Assembly: GCA_049597355.1 (NCBI GenBank)
Contig: JBMYMN010000001.1
Span: 1-39,736 of the forward strand
Direction: 5' to 3'
DNA: 39,736 nt
Source of the DNA: Luteolibacter sp.
GTDB taxonomy: Bacteria > Verrucomicrobiota > Verrucomicrobiia > Verrucomicrobiales > Akkermansiaceae
Under the pieces are notes generated by a model that worked only from the letters and a program-made list of their open reading frames with translations, made no database searches and was not told where the DNA came from. Below, piece after piece: positions 17,868 to 26,370 of the stretch. The translations under genes and the position numbers were made by a program. The first letter of the stretch is position 1. Each line of letters starts with the position of its first letter.

Positions 17868-18314
17868 ATGAGCGAGGAAGTCAATTCAGCTGTGTCAAAA
17901 AGAGTCCGGGCTAAAGCCTCCGAGAAGAAGGCTAATGGGGCTGCAAAAGCAGGCAAGAAAATCGCCCAAAAGGCGAAAAAGAGGTCTGCCAAGAAGTCCA
18001 TACCCGAAAAAAAATCAAAGGTTGGATCTGCAGACGTCGATAGTTCGCAAGCGGCCAAGATAGAGGATAGTCATGCTTCGGGTGGCAAAGTCTCCAATCG
18101 TCGGCATATGCGCGGCAACGGCTCTTCCAAATCCACCCAGGCGTCCTCCAACCACGACCCTGAGCTCCTTGCCAAATACGCATGGAAGATTTATCTGGCT
18201 GAGATCAGCGAGGAGGGAGTCACAATGACTGACGACCCAGCAGCAAAGGTATTGGCCCATCGTTGCTTCGATCTCGCCGCTATCTTTCTGGACGAGAAGA
18301 AACGTAAGTCCTGA
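17868..18314 (+). CDS. Hypothetical protein with a Lys/Ala/Ser-rich basic N-terminus and a helical C-terminal domain
   Basis: ATG 18 nt after the pseudopilin stop. Low-complexity basic N-terminal half; amphipathic C-terminal segment DPELLAKYAWKIYLAEISEEG. Confidence 0.75.
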   Translation: MSEEVNSAVSKRVRAKASEKKANGAAKAGKKIAQKAKKRSAKKSIPEKKSKVGSADVDSSQAAKIEDSHASGGKVSNRRHMRGNGSSKSTQASSNHDPELLAKYAWKIYLAEISEEGVTMTDDPAAKVLAHRCFDLAAIFLDEKKRKS

Positions 18315-18437
18315 GCTCTGCAAGCCGCTAACGGGATCGCAGCGTACCCTCCATCACCAAAGCTATTGGACTAACCATTCGCCCTGGAAAACTGCAGAGC
18401 AGCGCAGCGAGTGTAAGCAATGCGCAAGAGCATGAGA

Positions 18438-20180
18438 TCAGTACACGTCGCGCTGGTAACGCTTGGCCTTTTTCATGGCGATAACGTAATCCTTGGCCTC
18501 ATCGACCGATTTTTTACCATGGTCGATGATCAATTGGTGCAGTGCCGCATCGACATCCTTGGCCATGCGTGAGGCATCGCCGCAAACGTAAAAGGCAGCG
18601 CCTTCTTCCAGCCATCGCCAGAGTTCGGCACCTTGTTGGATCATGAGGTGTTGCACGTAAACCTTATCGGTCTGGTCACGCGACCATGCGAGATCCAAGC
18701 GCTCGAGTGTCCCATCAGCAAAGAAATTCTCGATTTCTTCTTTATACAGATAGTCGGTGGCCGAGTGAGGATTGCCGAAAAACAACCAGTTTTTACTCTT
18801 GGTCTCATTGATGCGGAGTTGCTCGAGGAAGGCTCTGAATGGAGCAATACCAGTGCCGGGACCCACCATGATCACTGGAGTGCTGGCATCCTCGGGCAGG
18901 CGAAAGTTTTTGTTTTGATGAACAAAGACCAGCGGACGGGTCTCGCTATCGATGCGATCCGACATAAAGGTCGAGCAGACACCACCACGTTGGCGGCCGT
19001 GTGTCTCGTAGCGAACCACGCCCACGCAAAGATGGACTTCACCTGGATGCGCGTTGGGGCTGGAGGCAATCGAATATAGGCGCGGCTGAAGCTTCTTCAG
19101 CACAGAGACGAACTCTTCTGCATCGCTGAAGTCCGCAGGATGGTCGATAACCAGATCGACGAGTTCACGGCCCCAACAAAAATCCTTGTAGGCTTGGGCG
19201 TCGTCGGATTCGACCAGCGAACGCAGAAAGGGTGAACCGCTGTAGGCCTGCCACTTTTTAACCACAAGCTTACTGAGAGCCCCGATGTCGTAATGTCCCA
19301 TCAGGGCATCGCGGAGTGGGATTTCTCTGCCATCTTTGCCGGGAACATCCTCGGCTTTGAAGGGCAGGTTGGAGATAATCTCATCTACCACCCTTGGGTC
19401 GTTGCGTGGAACCACAGCCAAGGCGTCACCGACTTCGTATTCGAGGCCGGAGTCTTCGATCAAGAATTCCAGATGATGGGTCTGTTTCGACCCAGGGCCG
19501 TTGAGATTACGATTATGGAGCACCGTGGATGGGAAGGGCCTTTTCTTGGAATAGCCTACACTGACTTCCTCTTCCTCATTCTGATCATGAGTGACGGCGG
19601 TTGGGCTTAACGCGGCCAGCACTTCGGCCGACCATTGGGCATAAGGTTCGTCTGGATCCACATCTACATCCATACGTTCGCGGATTGGGGTGGCGCCCAA
19701 CTCGGCAAGTCGTTTGTCAAATTCGATACCGCATTGGCAAAAGTCCGGATACTCGCTGTCTCCCAGTGCTAGGACTGAGTAGTTCAGACCTTCTAGTTTA
19801 GGGGCGCTTTCGCCCATAACCCAGTCATGAAACTCAATGGCATTATCGGGGGGTTCCCCGTCTCCATAAGTTGAAACGATGATCAATAAATTCTGCTCCT
19901 TGGCCAGCTTGTCGCGCTCATAATTTGCCATGTCGGCGATGGAGACTTCGAAGTGGTGCTTTTTTAGGGTCTTCTGGAGCTTCTTTGCGAGTCCCTCGGC
20001 ATTGCCGGTTTGAGTGCCATACAGTACCGTTACAGGAGCCGCACTTGCTGATACTGACGGCGGCTTCACCTCAGCAAGAGCCTTGGCAAGGAATTCATCC
20101 AGCCAAGCCCGTTGCGCGGGAGTGAAAGGAGCGTCTTCTGGAAGCTTGATCTTCAATTGATGATGTTGATGCATGCCCAT
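18438..20180 (-). CDS. cysJ: Sulfite reductase flavoprotein alpha-like diflavin (FMN/FAD/NADPH) reductase
   Basis: Flavodoxin motifs YGTQTGNAE and STYGDGEPPDN, RLYSIASS, GVCSTF, MVGPGTGIAPFR, YVCGDASRMAKDV, C-terminal RYQRDVY. Confidence 0.9.
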   Translation of the reverse strand: MGMHQHHQLKIKLPEDAPFTPAQRAWLDEFLAKALAEVKPPSVSASAAPVTVLYGTQTGNAEGLAKKLQKTLKKHHFEVSIADMANYERDKLAKEQNLLIIVSTYGDGEPPDNAIEFHDWVMGESAPKLEGLNYSVLALGDSEYPDFCQCGIEFDKRLAELGATPIRERMDVDVDPDEPYAQWSAEVLAALSPTAVTHDQNEEEEVSVGYSKKRPFPSTVLHNRNLNGPGSKQTHHLEFLIEDSGLEYEVGDALAVVPRNDPRVVDEIISNLPFKAEDVPGKDGREIPLRDALMGHYDIGALSKLVVKKWQAYSGSPFLRSLVESDDAQAYKDFCWGRELVDLVIDHPADFSDAEEFVSVLKKLQPRLYSIASSPNAHPGEVHLCVGVVRYETHGRQRGGVCSTFMSDRIDSETRPLVFVHQNKNFRLPEDASTPVIMVGPGTGIAPFRAFLEQLRINETKSKNWLFFGNPHSATDYLYKEEIENFFADGTLERLDLAWSRDQTDKVYVQHLMIQQGAELWRWLEEGAAFYVCGDASRMAKDVDAALHQLIIDHGKKSVDEAKDYVIAMKKAKRYQRDVY

Positions 20181-20213
20181 TTCGTGCCAAATGGGGTGTT
20201 GGATACTGATTTC

Positions 20214-20585
20214 TCAGGATTTCCAATTCAAGGCACCCTTCTTGAGTGCGTAAATATAGGCCAGAGCCAGAATACCTGCAAATCCAGACATGCTCACCAG
20301 CGCCGTAGCCCCGTCAGCCAGAAGATCACGAAATTGGACTGCCCAAGGATACATGAAAACCACCTCAATGTCGAACAGCACAAAGAGCATGGCCACAAGG
20401 TAGAACTTAACTGAGAACCTTGATGCGCCATCGCCGATGGGTTTCATGCCGCACTCGTAGGCAAGATCTTTATTTGGAGCCTTACGACCCGCACGGCCCA
20501 GAACAACGCTAAGCGTTAAAACGGTCGCCGCGAAACCAGTAGCGATGATGACTTGGAACAGGACGGGGAGGTAGTTCTCAGGCAT
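20214..20585 (-). CDS. nuoA: NADH-quinone oxidoreductase subunit A
   Basis: YECG, FSVKFYLVAMLFVLFDIEVVFMYPWA, KKGALNW; three TM helices. Start ATG 20585. Confidence 0.95.
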   Translation of the reverse strand: MPENYLPVLFQVIIATGFAATVLTLSVVLGRAGRKAPNKDLAYECGMKPIGDGASRFSVKFYLVAMLFVLFDIEVVFMYPWAVQFRDLLADGATALVSMSGFAGILALAYIYALKKGALNWKS

Positions 20586-20686
20586 GGTCAATTGTAGATT
20601 ACCTAGTGTAGTTCAGGGCATTTGCCAAAAGCTTATTTGGTAAATTGTTTATGGTCGCTGTTCTCTCAAACTGAGAAGAGGCATAG

Positions 20687-20717
20687 AAAAAGCCCACATC
20701 CGCGAGGATGTGGGCTT
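20687..20717 (-). terminator. Intrinsic terminator after the 105-aa gene
   Basis: 12-bp perfect stem AAGCCCACATCC/GGATGTGGGCTT with a 4-nt loop; U-tract on the minus strand. Confidence 0.85.
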
Positions 20718-20752
20718 GGGTTGAATTTAATAAGGTTGCTTACGATGGACAG

Positions 20753-21070
20753 TTAGTCTTGGGCAGCAGCCTCCTGCTCGGCGGCATAGGCGCTGGAAGC
20801 CTCATGAACCCGGTCAGTACCCTTGTATTCCTTGCCGATTTTCTCGACGAGACCACGGGTGACCAAATTCTGGAGTTTCTCGTAAGCACGAAGGCGGAGC
20901 ATTTCTTCTCCACCACTGACGGCGTTGCGTTCCTTGAGGTTGGCGAAAACGGCCTCGAAGAGATCGTTGAAGCCAAATACTTCCTTCCCGGACAGCACAT
21001 TGCAGAGTTCGTCAGTGACGTGATCGGGCAGGCGGCGCGAGAAGCGGGTACGTTTGGAAGAGATTGCCAT
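20753..21070 (-). CDS. Small hypothetical protein, possibly winged-helix DNA-binding
   Basis: Clean 105-aa ORF with its own terminator and a TACAAT -10 element. Helix-rich, with LQNLVTRGLVEK followed by a short beta-hairpin-like segment. Confidence 0.8.
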   Translation of the reverse strand: MAISSKRTRFSRRLPDHVTDELCNVLSGKEVFGFNDLFEAVFANLKERNAVSGGEEMLRLRAYEKLQNLVTRGLVEKIGKEYKGTDRVHEASSAYAAEQEAAAQD

Positions 21071-21128
21071 AACGAGGCTTATTGTAGACTCTTTCTAAAG
21101 AAAAGCGACTAAAAAGACGAACATTCAT

Positions 21129-21167
21129 TTCAAAATATTTGAATAATTAATCAAGATTAAATATTCA
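21129..21167. promoter_or_regulatory. AT-rich palindromic operator-like site
   Basis: TGAATA-A-TTAATC-AA-GATTAA-A-TATTCA (21140-21167, 12 of 13 arm pairs match) overlaps TTCAAA-ATA-TTTGAA (21129-21143), in a divergent intergenic region. Confidence 0.55.
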
Positions 21168-21216
21168 GTATCATGAACTTTATTGAGTTGGGGAGATGTT
21201 TTATCGTGTTGCTCTC

Positions 21217-21244
21217 TTGACAGAACCCGGAATTTGGCGATTCT
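21217..21244 (+). promoter_or_regulatory. Putative sigma70 promoter of rpmE
   Basis: TTGACA (21217), 16 nt, GATTCT; 45 nt upstream of the start codon. Confidence 0.45.
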
Positions 21245-21289
21245 CCCCGCCCAGCGCGTCGGTAACGTGTTGGATTACCCTATTTCCCA

Positions 21290-21559
21290 ATGAAAGCAGA
21301 GATTCATCCCGAGTACAACCCCGTGGTCTTCGTTGACATGACCACCGGCAAGCGCTTCATCGCGCGATCGACCAAGACCTCCGATAAAAAGGAGACCATC
21401 GATGGCGTCGAACACAGCGTGATTTCTATCGGTGTCACCTCCGATTCGCATCCATTCTTCACCGGATTGGCCCAGTTCGTGGATACTGAAGGTCGCATCG
21501 ATAAGTTCCAGAAGCGTTTCGGCGCGGTTCGCCGTGCTGGTAAGCCCAAGTTGGGCTGA
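21290..21559 (+). CDS. rpmE: 50S ribosomal protein L31, type B (Cys-free)
   Basis: MKAEIHPEY..VVFVD, SDSHPFFTG, VDTEGRIDKF; no cysteines. Confidence 0.96.
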   Translation: MKAEIHPEYNPVVFVDMTTGKRFIARSTKTSDKKETIDGVEHSVISIGVTSDSHPFFTGLAQFVDTEGRIDKFQKRFGAVRRAGKPKLG

Positions 21560-21578
21560 TCCTGCAAACCGATTTCTC

Positions 21579-21616
21579 ACACTCCGCGGTCCTGCCGGAC
21601 CCGGAGTGTTTTTCTT
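21579..21616 (+). terminator. Intrinsic terminator after rpmE
   Basis: ACACTCCG-C-GGTCC / GGACC-CGGAGTGT hairpin followed by TTTTCTT. Confidence 0.8.
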
Positions 21617-21649
21617 GCCGAGGTTCCAGGGATCTAGAAAGCTCCTGCC

Positions 21650-22423
21650 GTGCTCGCGAAGAGGATCATTCCCTGTCTCGACGTCACCGATGGCCGTGTG
21701 GTCAAAGGGGTCAACTTCGTCGATCTGATCGATGCTGGAGATCCGGTGGAGGCGGCCATTGCCTACAACGAGCAGGAGGCCGATGAACTGGTCTTTCTCG
21801 ATATCACCGCCTCTTCCGATAACCGTAACACCATGGTTGAGGTGGTGCGCCGCACTGCCGAGCACTGCTTCATCCCGCTGACGGTGGGTGGTGGCATCCG
21901 ATCGGTCGATAACATGCGCGAGATGCTTTTGGCTGGAGCCGACAAGGTTGGCATCAACACCTCGGCGGTGAAGAACCCCGGATTGGTAGATGAGGGCGCC
22001 AAGGCTTTCGGTAGTCAGTGCATTGTTACCGCGATCGATGCGAAACGCGAAGGCCCTGGCAAATGGGGCGTTTACACTCACGGTGGCCGAACTCCAGTGG
22101 GACTGGACGCGGTGGAATGGGCTAGAGAGGTCTGGAACCGCGGAGCGGGTGAAATCCTTCTCACCAGTATGGATGCCGACGGCACCCAGGCGGGCTATGA
22201 CATCGAGCTGACCGCCACCATTTCGAGTGCAGTGGGCATTCCCGTGATTGCCAGTGGTGGTGCGGGGAATCTCCAGCACATGGTGGACGTCCTCGATGAG
22301 GGCAAGGCTGACGCCGTATTGGCGGCGAGTATTTTCCACTTTGGCACCCACACGGTGGGCGAGGCCAAGGAATATTTCAGTGAGCGGGGAGTACCCGTTC
22401 GCCCCCGATTCCGGCAGGCCTAA
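21650..22423 (+). CDS. hisF: Imidazole glycerol phosphate synthase cyclase subunit HisF
   Basis: [67 protein letters not shown]. Confidence 0.98.
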   Translation: MLAKRIIPCLDVTDGRVVKGVNFVDLIDAGDPVEAAIAYNEQEADELVFLDITASSDNRNTMVEVVRRTAEHCFIPLTVGGGIRSVDNMREMLLAGADKVGINTSAVKNPGLVDEGAKAFGSQCIVTAIDAKREGPGKWGVYTHGGRTPVGLDAVEWAREVWNRGAGEILLTSMDADGTQAGYDIELTATISSAVGIPVIASGGAGNLQHMVDVLDEGKADAVLAASIFHFGTHTVGEAKEYFSERGVPVRPRFRQA

Positions 22424-22431
22424 TTCAAGGC

Positions 22432-23151
22432 TTATCGGTGTCGACTGCGGATGCGCAGCACGCCGGCAAACATCCTCCAGCTGTCGATAAGTGGGAAGAC
22501 CTTGCCTCCCTTCTTTTCGGCCCAGTTGATGGGAATCTCGAGCCAACCGAAGCCTTTTTGCTTGAGGGCGGTCAGTAGTTCGGTGTCGATGCAGAAGCCA
22601 TCCTCTTGCAACGAGCCCGCGACTTCACGGTAATGCTCACCGCGGATGACCTTGGCACCGCATTGGGGGTCCTCACAACTCAGGCCGAGGAGCATTCGTA
22701 CAACCAGCAGATAGCCGTGGTGGAAGATACTGCGGTAGAAACTCTCGTGAATTTCGGTCTGCTCGGTGCGCTTGCGGATGCCGATGACCGATTTGTCCTC
22801 TTTGGCCGCCCTCTGGATTAGTTTGAGCATATCCTCGGCGGTGGTGCTGCCATCGCAGTCGACGAAGGCCAGCCAGTCGGAGTTTGCATCCGCGTTCCAA
22901 GCGCCTCGGATGGCCGATCCCTTGCCGCGATGTTCTCCACGGTGGATATCGATCTCGGGAAAGGTGGCGCGGTGCATCTCGCGCAGGGCTTCGAGAGACT
23001 CGATTTCTCTCGGTGTAGAGCCGTCATCCGAAATTACCCATCGAATGTGCAGATCAGACCCAGCGCAGGCCTGAGCCAAACTCGGAGCATACTCCTCCAA
23101 GCGGGCGGAGTCATTCCACACTGGGGTTACGATCAGGACGGATTGAGACAA
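22432..23151 (-). CDS. Family 2 glycosyltransferase, polyprenyl-phosphate glycosyl synthase (DPM/DPG)-like
   Basis: IVTPVWND, SDDGST, HRGKGSAI, FVDCDGS (DxD), DPQCGAK, FCIDTELL, EIPINW. Start uncertain (TTG 23151 or ATG 23184). Confidence 0.88.
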   Translation of the reverse strand: MSQSVLIVTPVWNDSARLEEYAPSLAQACAGSDLHIRWVISDDGSTPREIESLEALREMHRATFPEIDIHRGEHRGKGSAIRGAWNADANSDWLAFVDCDGSTTAEDMLKLIQRAAKEDKSVIGIRKRTEQTEIHESFYRSIFHHGYLLVVRMLLGLSCEDPQCGAKVIRGEHYREVAGSLQEDGFCIDTELLTALKQKGFGWLEIPINWAEKKGGKVFPLIDSWRMFAGVLRIRSRHR

Positions 23152-23214
23152 AACAGAGAATAAGGCGTGTGGAAGGATTACCATTGCGAGCTTCGGGGAT
23201 CTTTCATCGTATCC

Positions 23215-24753
23215 ATGAGACAGATGGAGTTGTTAAAAAAGTCACCCACGCAGCGCGCGTTGCTCACCCTTGCATGGATCGGGGTGATCGTCACGGCAGC
23301 TTTCCTGCGTTTTGACGATTTGGCTGAGCGCCCCATGCACGCCGATGAGGCCACCGGCGCGCGCATCATGGCCAAGCGCATGGAAGAGCAGGGGGGTGAG
23401 TTCAATCCCAAGCACTATCACGGTCCGTTGCTCGCCGATCTGACCATGCCGGTATGCTTGGTTCGCGGTGAATCGACCTGGGTTGAACTGACCAAAGGCT
23501 CACTTCGATTTGTGACTGCTGCCGCCGGCCTGTTGTTGGTTCTGGTTCCCTTGCTGTGGCGTCGCCGATTTGGCGATGTGTCGGCATTGGCGGCCGCCAC
23601 TCTCATTGCCACCTCTCCACTCCTTGTTTACTTCAGCCGGATGTTCATCCACGAGTCCTTGTTGGTGCTATGTGGTGCAGTCCTGCTGGGGTTGGTCTTG
23701 GCCTTTCCGCGCTGGGGGCTTCCAGGGCTGGCGCTGGGTTTGATGTTTGCCGCCAAGGAGAGCTTCGCCATCAGTGTCCTCGCTTGGTGTGCGGCCATCG
23801 GCTTGCTTCTGCTGCAAGAGTTCAAAAGCCTGTCCAAGGAGGTCATCGTCGACTGGCTGCGTAAATACGGCAAAGGCTTGATCATTTCCGCTGGGGTGGC
23901 GGCCTTCACGGCATTGATCTGCTACACCCATGGCTTTACTCATCTCAAGGGTGCCACCGATGCCGTGAAGACCTACTTCGTCTATGAGACGGTGAGCGGG
24001 CACGACAAACCCTGGAGCTACTACTTCAAGTTGCTCGCACTGCCCGAGAAGGCAGCGGGTGTCTGGTGGTATGGCACGCCGGTGCTGCTGCTCGCACTCT
24101 ACGCCTACGCCATGAGTTGGACGAGCCAAGTGGATCGTCGTCAACGCCACTGGATCCACTTCTTGGCCTATTCAGTGGTATTCCATCTCATCATCTATTC
24201 CATCTTCGCATACAAGACCCCTTGGTTGGCCTGCTTCCCTTGGGCGCTGACCTGCTGGTTGGCGGGTTTGGCCTTCGTCAACATCGGTCAGCGTGCCCGC
24301 TGGGTCCAGGCAGTGCTCGTGCTCTTTCTCGCGGCCACCCTCTGGAGCCAGGCCAAGCAGACCCGCCATGCATGCGATCGCCTGCATTCGGATGCCCGTA
24401 ACCCCTATGCCTACGTGCCCAGCCGCAGCAGCTTGGAGACCATGGAGACTTGGCTTGGAAAGTTGCGTGCCATGGATGGGGGAGACCCGCTTCATTCGGC
24501 AGCGGTCGTCGGACAGGATTATTGGCCCCTGCCGTGGTATGTGCGCAGTTTTGATCAGGTCGGGTATTGGGCGTCGGCTCCCGAAGGGCTTAAGCGCTTT
24601 CCCGTGGTGATTGTCACTTTCGAGCAGGCCGATGCGGTGGAGGCGCAATTGAAGGACACGCATGCGGTCTTCTCCTATGGGTTGCGCGATGGGGTGCCGA
24701 TTCAGATGTATCTGGCCAATGACGTCTGGAACCAATGGATTAGATCACCATGA
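23215..24753 (+). CDS. Multi-pass GT-C fold membrane glycosyltransferase (PMT/ArnT-like; Agl23/TIGR03663-like)
   Basis: FLRFDDLAERPMHADEA (DE motif after TM1), YHGPLL, SPLLVYFSRMFIHE, AAKES, HDKPWSYY, YKTPW, WPLPWY; many TM helices. Confidence 0.8.
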   Translation: MRQMELLKKSPTQRALLTLAWIGVIVTAAFLRFDDLAERPMHADEATGARIMAKRMEEQGGEFNPKHYHGPLLADLTMPVCLVRGESTWVELTKGSLRFVTAAAGLLLVLVPLLWRRRFGDVSALAAATLIATSPLLVYFSRMFIHESLLVLCGAVLLGLVLAFPRWGLPGLALGLMFAAKESFAISVLAWCAAIGLLLLQEFKSLSKEVIVDWLRKYGKGLIISAGVAAFTALICYTHGFTHLKGATDAVKTYFVYETVSGHDKPWSYYFKLLALPEKAAGVWWYGTPVLLLALYAYAMSWTSQVDRRQRHWIHFLAYSVVFHLIIYSIFAYKTPWLACFPWALTCWLAGLAFVNIGQRARWVQAVLVLFLAATLWSQAKQTRHACDRLHSDARNPYAYVPSRSSLETMETWLGKLRAMDGGDPLHSAAVVGQDYWPLPWYVRSFDQVGYWASAPEGLKRFPVVIVTFEQADAVEAQLKDTHAVFSYGLRDGVPIQMYLANDVWNQWIRSP

Positions 24754-25595
24754 GTTCCGATCCTCTCCAGCAGGCCTTCGTGCATGAGCACGAAGCCATG
24801 AACACCACTTTTACGATCCGTCTGCTCGGCATGGATGAACAGTCGGCACGCAGCCTGGCTCAACTCTGCTTAGAGCGCATCGATCAGCTGGAAGGTCAGT
24901 TGAGCCGTTTTTTGGAGGGCAGTGACGTCTCACGCATCAACGCCCTGCCTGCCGGTGAAACCCTTTACATTAGCGAGCCCTGCCACGAATGCCTGCTGTT
25001 GGCCATGCAGGCGGCAGCACAGACCCATGGACTCTTTGATATCACGCTCGGCAAGCGCATTGAGCACCGCAAGGAGGGCAAGGACGGACCCATGCCCGAG
25101 TTGGAGGGTCGGCTCAAGGTTCACCCGGATGTGCCGGCGGTGACCTGCGAGGAAGCCGGACGCGAAATCGATCTCGGTGGTATCGGCAAAGGCTTTGCCC
25201 TCGATCAACTGCGCGAACTGCTCAACGAATGGGAGGCCGGTGGTGCGCTCATCACTGCCGGTGCCAGCTCCATGCTGGCCCATGGCTCCCAATCGTGGCC
25301 CATCGAGTTGGGAGGAGCCGAGGGTGAGCGCATTGAACTTCAAAACGCTTGCCTCAGTGCATCCGGCACGGGAATTCAGGGCAGTCACTTGGTTCATCCT
25401 TGGGGCGATGAAGCGATGCCGGAGAAACCTTGTGAGCGGGTTTGGGTGGCAGCTGAATCGGCTGCTATGGCCGAGGTATGGTCAACGGCTCTGATGCTGA
25501 TCGAGGCCGAGGAGTTTGAGGAAGCGCTGACACAGGCTACCGGGGTGGACCAGGTGTATGTTCAGCGCGAAAGCCGTATTTGGCAGGTTGATTGA
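24750..25595 (+). CDS. ApbE-family FAD:protein FMN transferase-like protein, divergent, no signal peptide
   Basis: AMNT, LSRF..GSDVSRIN, THGLFDIT, IDLGGIGKGFALD, LSASG, STAL. Start overlaps the upstream stop (ATGA). Confidence 0.85.
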   Translation: MSSDPLQQAFVHEHEAMNTTFTIRLLGMDEQSARSLAQLCLERIDQLEGQLSRFLEGSDVSRINALPAGETLYISEPCHECLLLAMQAAAQTHGLFDITLGKRIEHRKEGKDGPMPELEGRLKVHPDVPAVTCEEAGREIDLGGIGKGFALDQLRELLNEWEAGGALITAGASSMLAHGSQSWPIELGGAEGERIELQNACLSASGTGIQGSHLVHPWGDEAMPEKPCERVWVAAESAAMAEVWSTALMLIEAEEFEEALTQATGVDQVYVQRESRIWQVD

Positions 25596-25601
25596 GCTGA
25601 T

Positions 25602-26342
25602 TTAAGGGGCATTTGGATCCAGTGGCATCTCGTGAAATCGGCGGTCGACATATTGTGCGGGCTTCACGTTTTCGATGTGCCCATCCATGAACAACACTGG
25701 GAAATTGCCATCGGTGAGGAAGAGACGGAGCGTGGCAGAGTTCCACTCGTCGATTTGATCAGGATCATAGCGGTAATAGTAGTTATCGGCGGGTGCGATA
25801 ATGGGGGTTCGGCTTGGATCATCAATGAAGGCCATCGGGACCAGTGTCAGCTCAAGGAGGGCATCTGCGGGAACACTACCATTTTGCGCAAGCTCGTAGT
25901 TTTCGGCTAGCATCAGATTGTATCCATAACCCGGATTGAGTGCGCTCCATTCACGCGGAGTCTCACCCTTCTGAAACAATGGATTACGCAAAAAGAGTTC
26001 ACGACTCTCCCACCAGTCATCATCCCTGAAATCAATGGGATCCGTGGTTTCGAACAACATTGAGCAGATGATTTCGTGCCACAAGGCCTCGCCATCGATT
26101 GATCCATCACCCTGGATGATCTCTCCGCGACATGGCAGCAGTTTCTGTTGGTTGTCCGTCGCGTAGGCGGTGAAGAAGGAACTCATCTGCTTCATGTTGC
26201 TGGCCATCAGCGTTGCCTTGCTTTTGCGGATCATTTGCGTGCCAATGGCAAACATGGCTGCGCCGAGAACCATGATGATGGCAATGACCACCAACAATTC
26301 GATGAGAGTAAACCCTTTGGAGTAATAGCGGTTGATTTTCAT
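25602..26342 (-). CDS. Prepilin-type N-terminal cleavage/methylation domain protein (PVC H-X9-DG-like family)
   Basis: SKG|FTLIELLVVIAII, SNMKQM, GYGYN, C-terminal VLFMDGH; the usual His position of H-X9-DG is Thr. Confidence 0.88.
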   Translation of the reverse strand: MKINRYYSKGFTLIELLVVIAIIMVLGAAMFAIGTQMIRKSKATLMASNMKQMSSFFTAYATDNQQKLLPCRGEIIQGDGSIDGEALWHEIICSMLFETTDPIDFRDDDWWESRELFLRNPLFQKGETPREWSALNPGYGYNLMLAENYELAQNGSVPADALLELTLVPMAFIDDPSRTPIIAPADNYYYRYDPDQIDEWNSATLRLFLTDGNFPVLFMDGHIENVKPAQYVDRRFHEMPLDPNAP

Positions 26343-26370
26343 GGCTGAAGCTGGGTTGATTAATGGGTTT

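Noticed and set aside
18315-18400. 8-bp inverted repeat GCTCTGCA/TGCAGAGC as MITE ends
   Set aside because: Too short, with no evident target-site duplication or second copy in the window.
21275-22546. 423-aa minus-strand ORF
   Set aside because: Antisense shadow of hisF and rpmE with no recognisable motifs; expected with GC-biased codons.
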